A stretch of DNA of 37,519 bases from Octopus bimaculoides. Its lineage: Eukaryota. Both the position numbers and the translations under genes were made by a program. Location: NCBI RefSeq assembly GCF_001194135.2, contig NC_068998.1, positions 12,106,510-12,144,028 on the forward strand, read 5' to 3'. The notes beneath the pieces are model-generated. The model saw only the letters and a program-made list of their open reading frames with translations, was not told the origin of the DNA and searched no databases. Of the stretch, positions 32,696 to 37,519 are shown in pieces (the first letter of the stretch is position 1; every line of letters starts with the position of its first letter).

Positions 32696-35600
32696 GTAAG
32701 TTTTTATGTCTTGGCTTGTTTGTTGGGAGTAATAAAGTTATAAGCAAAAGAGATGATATTGTTTTTGAAAGGTTTCTGGTCAATAGAGAATTTCACAGCT
32801 TATATATATTCTGTGGTGTAGTAATTTGTGATAAATGGAAGCAGTCGAAGCATTAAGAACAGAAAAAAAACGTTTGATTTGGTTCGCAAACGATGTTGAC
32901 GACGTTAAGAAGATGATGGTGGCGACAGAGATGGAGGTCCTGAATGCTGCTGGACCAAGTGCTGATGAATCTCCATGTGGCTGCTGTTATGTCGTCGCTT
33001 GGACTGGCTGTGTGCTTTGTGGTCAGTGGCTAGACCTCAAAAGGTCTGGAACCGAAAGACATCGACTCGATGTGTCGCTGAAGTTTTATAGCGTGCAGTC
33101 AGCTCACCGGAAGTTTAGAAGAGACTGTCTCACGTGACCTTATCTGAAGGCTGCGATTAGTTGGGTTGCATCTTGGCGCGCAATAGAGCAAGAGACAAAT
33201 TGCACCAATATCAACCAATCAGAGTAGTGGACAACAGGGTCCAAAAGGGCGGCCGATGGCTAGCTGTTATCTACTACGTCCGTATTTATGTATATATAAC
33301 AGAGAGAGAGAGAGGAATTTCCCTTAATTCGTACGCTACAAAATAAATATATGATATATTCTACATAATTTTCAAGTGTCTCTCCGTTTCAATGGTTAAA
33401 AGCCTCGTTAAACTATTTTCAAGTCTTATTGCCACATGTCTTTGACAAAATATTTTACTCAACCCACACTACATCAGTGGAATTCATAGAATCGATATCA
33501 GTGGCATTTCAATATGAGATTGACTTGAGCTAGGAATCAAATCCACGTGTACAAATTCTTGGTCGAAAAGCACACACGAAAGTGAGAGATGATATATTCA
33601 TGATAATTTAATGAGAGAACATGGTGTGCTAAAATTTCAGTAACACTTCGATTTATTCATTCCGTGTGACGTAATTAATATTTATTCTTTTATGTTGTAG
33701 GTGTCCATCTCATTGTTATTGGAGGATTTCTGCAATTACTCGCCGGATTTATGTCTTATCGACGTAACGATCACTTGACAGGATCTGCTTTCATTGTCTT
33801 TGCCTCTCTTTGGACAATTCAGGGTATCAACCACATAATGATGACTTCATTGCCACAAACAGCAATGCAATACGGAGTTCTACCCGGAATGATTGGCTTC
33901 ATGGCTCTGTCTGTCGTACTCAGCATGTGTGCAGCAACAGTAAACTATATCATGCCTCCAGTTCTGGTTGCTATCATGATAGCTTTAATTTTCGAGGGCG
34001 TCGGTTTATTTTTCCTCTGGGGCAGGCGTGTAGCTGCTGCATTCGAAATCATTATTGCTTTATCTGGAATTTACGGCGTTGTTGTAATGACACTGAAAGG
34101 AGTAAGTCAAAGATATATTTTACCTGGTTTCGGAAATGCTCCTTACGACGTGCTTCTAGTTCGAACCAAAGCACCGAAATCGAAACAAAACGAAAAAAAG
34201 AAAAACACAAAATATGCTGAACCAATGGGGATGGGGTTTATCGGTAATGTGGTTCCTGCCACAGTGTTCGCCTTTTATCATTTTGGTTTCTTCACCGATT
34301 TTCGTCCAGCAATTCCAATGTTCTTAAATAGTTTATTTTGCCACCTATGCGCCAGTTATTATTCGTTTCTACGCCAAGACTTCTTCAATGCAATTCTATA
34401 CATCATTTATACAGTATTCTGGACATCAAAAGGCATTACTGAACTTCTGATAACGATGGATTTCGCTGGTATAGAAACACTTCGCACTAATTTCTATGGA
34501 CAGTGGGCTCTGTTAGTAATTATGCTGATCTTGTTGGTGTGTTCCATGTGCCAGACTAAAATCCTTTATTTATACAACTTACTCTTCACTTTACTGATTG
34601 TTCTTTCTCTTGATCACATACCGATACCCGTTTACAACTTCACATTCGGAGTTCCTTGCTGTTTAATTGCCATTTTTAGTCTTTTTATGTCTACCTCTTA
34701 TCTGATTAACTCGATCGCCGAAAAAACTGTCCTCTACGTTGGTGCAGAAGTCTGTGACGTTGAAAAGCTGCGTCGTCTTTTCGAGAGACTAACAGCTTGC
34801 ACAAGGTTTGTACTGCTTTATAATTGGAACTTGAAGATTAAAACTAATGACTAAATTATTGAATTATCGATCGGCTGACTAACATTTTTCGTATTCTTTT
34901 CAGGAGTGTTGGTGCCAAAGTAAAGTATTATGATGAAAGTCTTGCTCCCGGCGAGGTTGTCGAAACACTTTGCTTTCTTGGCAACAGTATCTCGTGCATA
35001 TGCATTTCTTCCTTAGAGATTACACACGGCACTGAATGCTTACCATGGTTACTCGTCACTGGAGTGGCCCTTTTGCTCTACGTTGCCAGATGTTCATATA
35101 CTTGTGGAAGTTTATCAAAAACTTATATGCTATTCGTGCACACATTTTATTGGATTTGCTGGTCAATATTTTTAATAAATCGTACGTATGTTCATTATTC
35201 TTTATTGCTCTCTCACTTTGCGTATAAGACCTCAACTCGTAATAACATCTGATTGGCGACTTTTGTGATTTGTGTATATATGTGTGTAATGCATGTGTTT
35301 AACGTAGACAAAGAGGCAAAACTCAGGTATACATTTTTATATGATTTTCATGTATTTCTGTTATATTATCTTTGTAGCATCTTTGGCTTTTGTTCTCCGA
35401 CCAGCATCTCTCGCTGTAATCACTCTACATACTCTGGGTATGTTCTTCGTTATGTCATTCCATAAGATATGGATCCCATTTACTCTGTTCTTTGAACTCA
35501 ACATGATAGCTTTCGTGATCAGATGCTTTGCTGTTAACCAGCCATGGATGAACTTCGTCACAGCTTTACTAGCAGGTAAGTTTGTTGGTGGGACGATCCT

Positions 35601-36252
35601 AGAGCGAGGTAGCAAGGTGATAGGACTGGAACTAGGGGGAGATGGGTGTACGGTGAGGACATTTTTGTTGTTGCTGTTTAGTCCCGATTAACTCTTGATG
35701 CAGTGAACTTATGATGGAAAGCATTTGACCAGCGAATGCCCTGTCTTTTTGTATATCAGGGACTACATTTGATCAACATGCAGAATAATTTGTAAAAATA
35801 AGTGATGGTAAACTGTGTCAGAATTGATGATAATGAAATCCCATAATTTCGTCAGCCCAAGTACCTAACTATACTATATATTCTAATGATATCATGAGTA
35901 TTTCGGATATAGCAGCTGAGGTACGCCGTTGCGGTACATTTTTCACTGGTGTTTATTTTCTACCCAACAATGAAAATCAGTGAAAATCCACCTGAAAGCA
36001 TTTGAGATTCGATGCGTAGAGTTCCTATGTTCGTTTAGGTCACATATGTAGTCGTGAAGTTGTGAATAGCTTTTTTCCCTCTCTCATTTCTTCACGTGTC
36101 CTGACGATAGGGTCCTGACTCCGAAATTTCTAACTGCAATGTAAAAGTTCAGCAGTTGTTTTAACTTCACTTTTGTATTTCATTTCCAGTTGTTTCGACC
36201 TTAACGGTATTTTATCTAATTTTATTTTAAAATATCTTCATTAAAAGTGCAG

Positions 36253-36318
<66 letters not shown>

Positions 36319-37112
36319 TGTGGGTGAAAAGTATAAATGTTGGCCCAAAAAGCGAAATTATTGTGCTTTACGTGCAAAGTTCCTTGAGATATCAGTTCAA
36401 CACCGATCCCTTTTCATTCTTGCCGTCAGAAATGCAGTGAATGAATGATTAGAATGTTGTAATCCTATAACCAACGACGCTATTATTCAATCTTGGCATA
36501 GAAAAATAAATAGATATAGGCGTAAGCGTGTCTGTGGAGTAATAAGTTTACTTCCTAACCACATGCTTTCGGGTTCAGTCCCTCAGCATTGCACATTGAG
36601 CCAGGGTCATCTGTTATAACCCCGGGCTGACTAAAGTCTCGTGAGTGGATTTGGTAAATAGAAACTGAAAGAAGCCCGTCATACGCGAGGGTGTTTGTGT
36701 CTGTACCCCACCACCGCTAGACAACCGGTGTTGGTTTGTTTACGTCCTCGTAACTTAGCGATTCGGCATTAGGAACTGATAGAATAAGTACCCGGCTTTA
36801 AAACCAAAAATGAAAGTGCTGCAGTCGATTCGTTTGACTAAAACCCTTCAAGGTGGTGCTCCAGCATAGCCGCAGTTCAGTAACTGAAACAAGTGAAAGA
36901 TGTAGATAGATAAGATATATCCAGAGGAGGAAAATTGTTGTAAACATTAATAATGTACGTTTGTAATACATATAAATACATCGGGCTATATCTGTTTTAT
37001 TTAAGGAATTGTCTCACTCTATGGAACCTTTGCTGGGATGACAAATGGAACATTACAAGGTCATCTTGTACCTTTGGGAGATCCTATATTAAAAGTAAGG
37101 ATTGCGTTATGA
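32635..37112 (+). CDS. Multi-pass membrane protein with three tandem GPR1/FUN34/YaaH (SatP/Ady2-like) repeats; 5' end hidden in a gap
   Basis: Exons <32635-32695, 33701-34805, 34904-35181, 35378-35575 and 37006-37094 (or read-through to TGA 37110-37112) splice in frame, giving at least about 577 aa. Repeat 1 IGGFLQLLAGFMSYRRNDHLTGSAFIVFASLW aligns by eye with E. coli SatP [32 protein letters not shown]. Each repeat ends in a SatP-like 'Y...(N)...xxLP.G' segment (IYGVVVMTLKGVSQRYILPGFG; LFMSTSYLINSIAEKTVLYVG; LYGTFAGMTNGTLQGHLVPLG). Confidence 0.85.
33084..33323 (-). promoter_or_regulatory. Promoter-like motif cluster inside an intron of the SatP-like gene
   Basis: TATAAAA on the minus strand 33084-33090; ACCGGAAGT 33106-33114; TCACGTGAC 33130-33138; TTGGCGCGCAA 33173-33183; CCAAT 33205 and 33215; GGGCGG 33247-33252; GGAATTTCCC 33314-33323. 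Confidence 0.5.
33701..34805 (+). CDS. SatP-like gene, large exon (most of repeat 1 and all of repeat 2)
   Basis: tatgttgtag|GT GTC CAT...ACA AG|GTTTGT, 1105 nt; contains ORF 33751-34854 of the track. Confidence 0.92.
34904..35181 (+). CDS. SatP-like gene exon (repeat 3, first half)
   Basis: Branch point GACTAAC at about 34877-34883; ttttcag|G AGT...AAT C|GTACGT, 278 nt, phase 2-1. Confidence 0.85.
35378..35575 (+). CDS. SatP-like gene exon (repeat 3, middle)
   Basis: tctttgtag|CA TCT...GCA G|GTAAGT, 198 nt, hydrophobic. Confidence 0.85.
36255..36317. repeat. (TG)n microsatellite
   Basis: Directly visible. Confidence 0.98.
36525..36900 (+). mobile_element. SINE family A in an intron of the SatP-like gene
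   Basis: cttcctaaccacatgctttcgggttcagtcc...ggtggtgctccagcatagccgcag...tgaaacaagtgaaaga. Confidence 0.85.
37006..37112 (+). CDS. SatP-like gene exon (GIVSLYGTFAGMTNGTLQGHLVPLGDPILK[VRIAL*])
   Basis: ttttatttaag|GA ATT; completes repeat 3. It ends either at donor AAA|GTAAGG (37094) or at TGA 37110-37112. Confidence 0.8.
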
Positions 37113-37488
37113 TCTTTTTATTTTTCTTCAAGCCAATGATTTTCAAACAGTGCTCCGCGAAAATTGAGCCTGCTTGCTTGCTTCCAGTAGGTTCCGTTGA
37201 ACCTTGTGATGTGCGACCTTTTTGTAATCATTGAGTTTGAATAGTTTAATAAAACATTTTGTTATTATTTGAAGAAAAAAAATATTTAAAATAATCTTTT
37301 CTTTTTATACTATACACGAAGTGTATCGTGATAGCTTTATTTGCTCGAAGGAACGGTGCATGTAAAGAAAAATGTTTTGCAAGTCACTGACTTTTAACAC
37401 GAAACCAAAACAAACACAGAATAGAATTTACATTTCAATGATTAAGAAATATATTTTCCACGAAGGAACTGAAGATATTTAAGTTTCA

Positions 37489-37519
<31 letters not shown>

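Noticed and set aside
4939-32856. Long ORFs made of X residues and YI/CV/TH repeats
   Set aside because: Artefacts of N gaps and (TA)n/(TG)n microsatellites. Only the 20 codons at 32635-32695 were kept.
33032-33047. 6-bp/4-nt hairpin AGACCT-CAAA-AGGTCT resembling a histone stem-loop
   Set aside because: Stem sequence does not fit the GGYYYU..ARRRCC consensus and there is no histone CDS nearby.
32835-33137. 100-aa plus-strand ORF (MEAVEALRTEKK...)
   Set aside because: No splice sites fit it into the SatP-like gene, no family recognised, and it overlaps the promoter-like block.
33810-34220. 136-aa ORF in an alternative frame
   Set aside because: Overlaps the main membrane-protein exon out of frame and has no independent support.
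33701-34805. Microbial contamination as the source of the SatP-like sequence
   Set aside because: The CDS is split by GT-AG introns with branch points, and one intron carries the same SINE family found throughout the window.

Overview
AT-rich animal genomic DNA with about 3.0 kb of N in 8 gaps, mostly abutting microsatellites. The repeat landscape is consistent with an octopus/coleoid draft assembly (inference, no search run). Two intron-containing genes could be reconstructed by hand. (1) A complete CPEB1-class gene (cytoplasmic polyadenylation element-binding protein) lies on the minus strand: 11 coding exons, 23382->18895, 1503 nt = 500 aa + stop, all GT-AG and phase-consistent, with RRM1, RRM2 and a ZZ zinc finger. 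(2) A polytopic membrane protein gene lies on the plus strand (exons <32635-32695, 33701-34805, 34904-35181, 35378-35575, 37006-37094/37112). It is made of three tandem GPR1/FUN34/YaaH (SatP/Ady2 acetate-channel) repeats, and its 5' end is lost in a gap. The rest is mostly two tRNA-derived SINE families, decayed RTE, Tx1/L1 and R4/Dong-like LINE fragments, small DNA-transposon MITEs and microsatellites. The most interesting signals are the three-repeat SatP-like channel, a dense promoter-motif cluster pointing antisense inside its intron, an RFX/CRE/TCTCGCGAGA promoter-like cluster with no annotated gene, an in-frame alternative acceptor in the CPEB1 RRM1 loop, and three Tx1 fragments in reversed order. 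No CRISPR, rRNA or intact tRNA was found.
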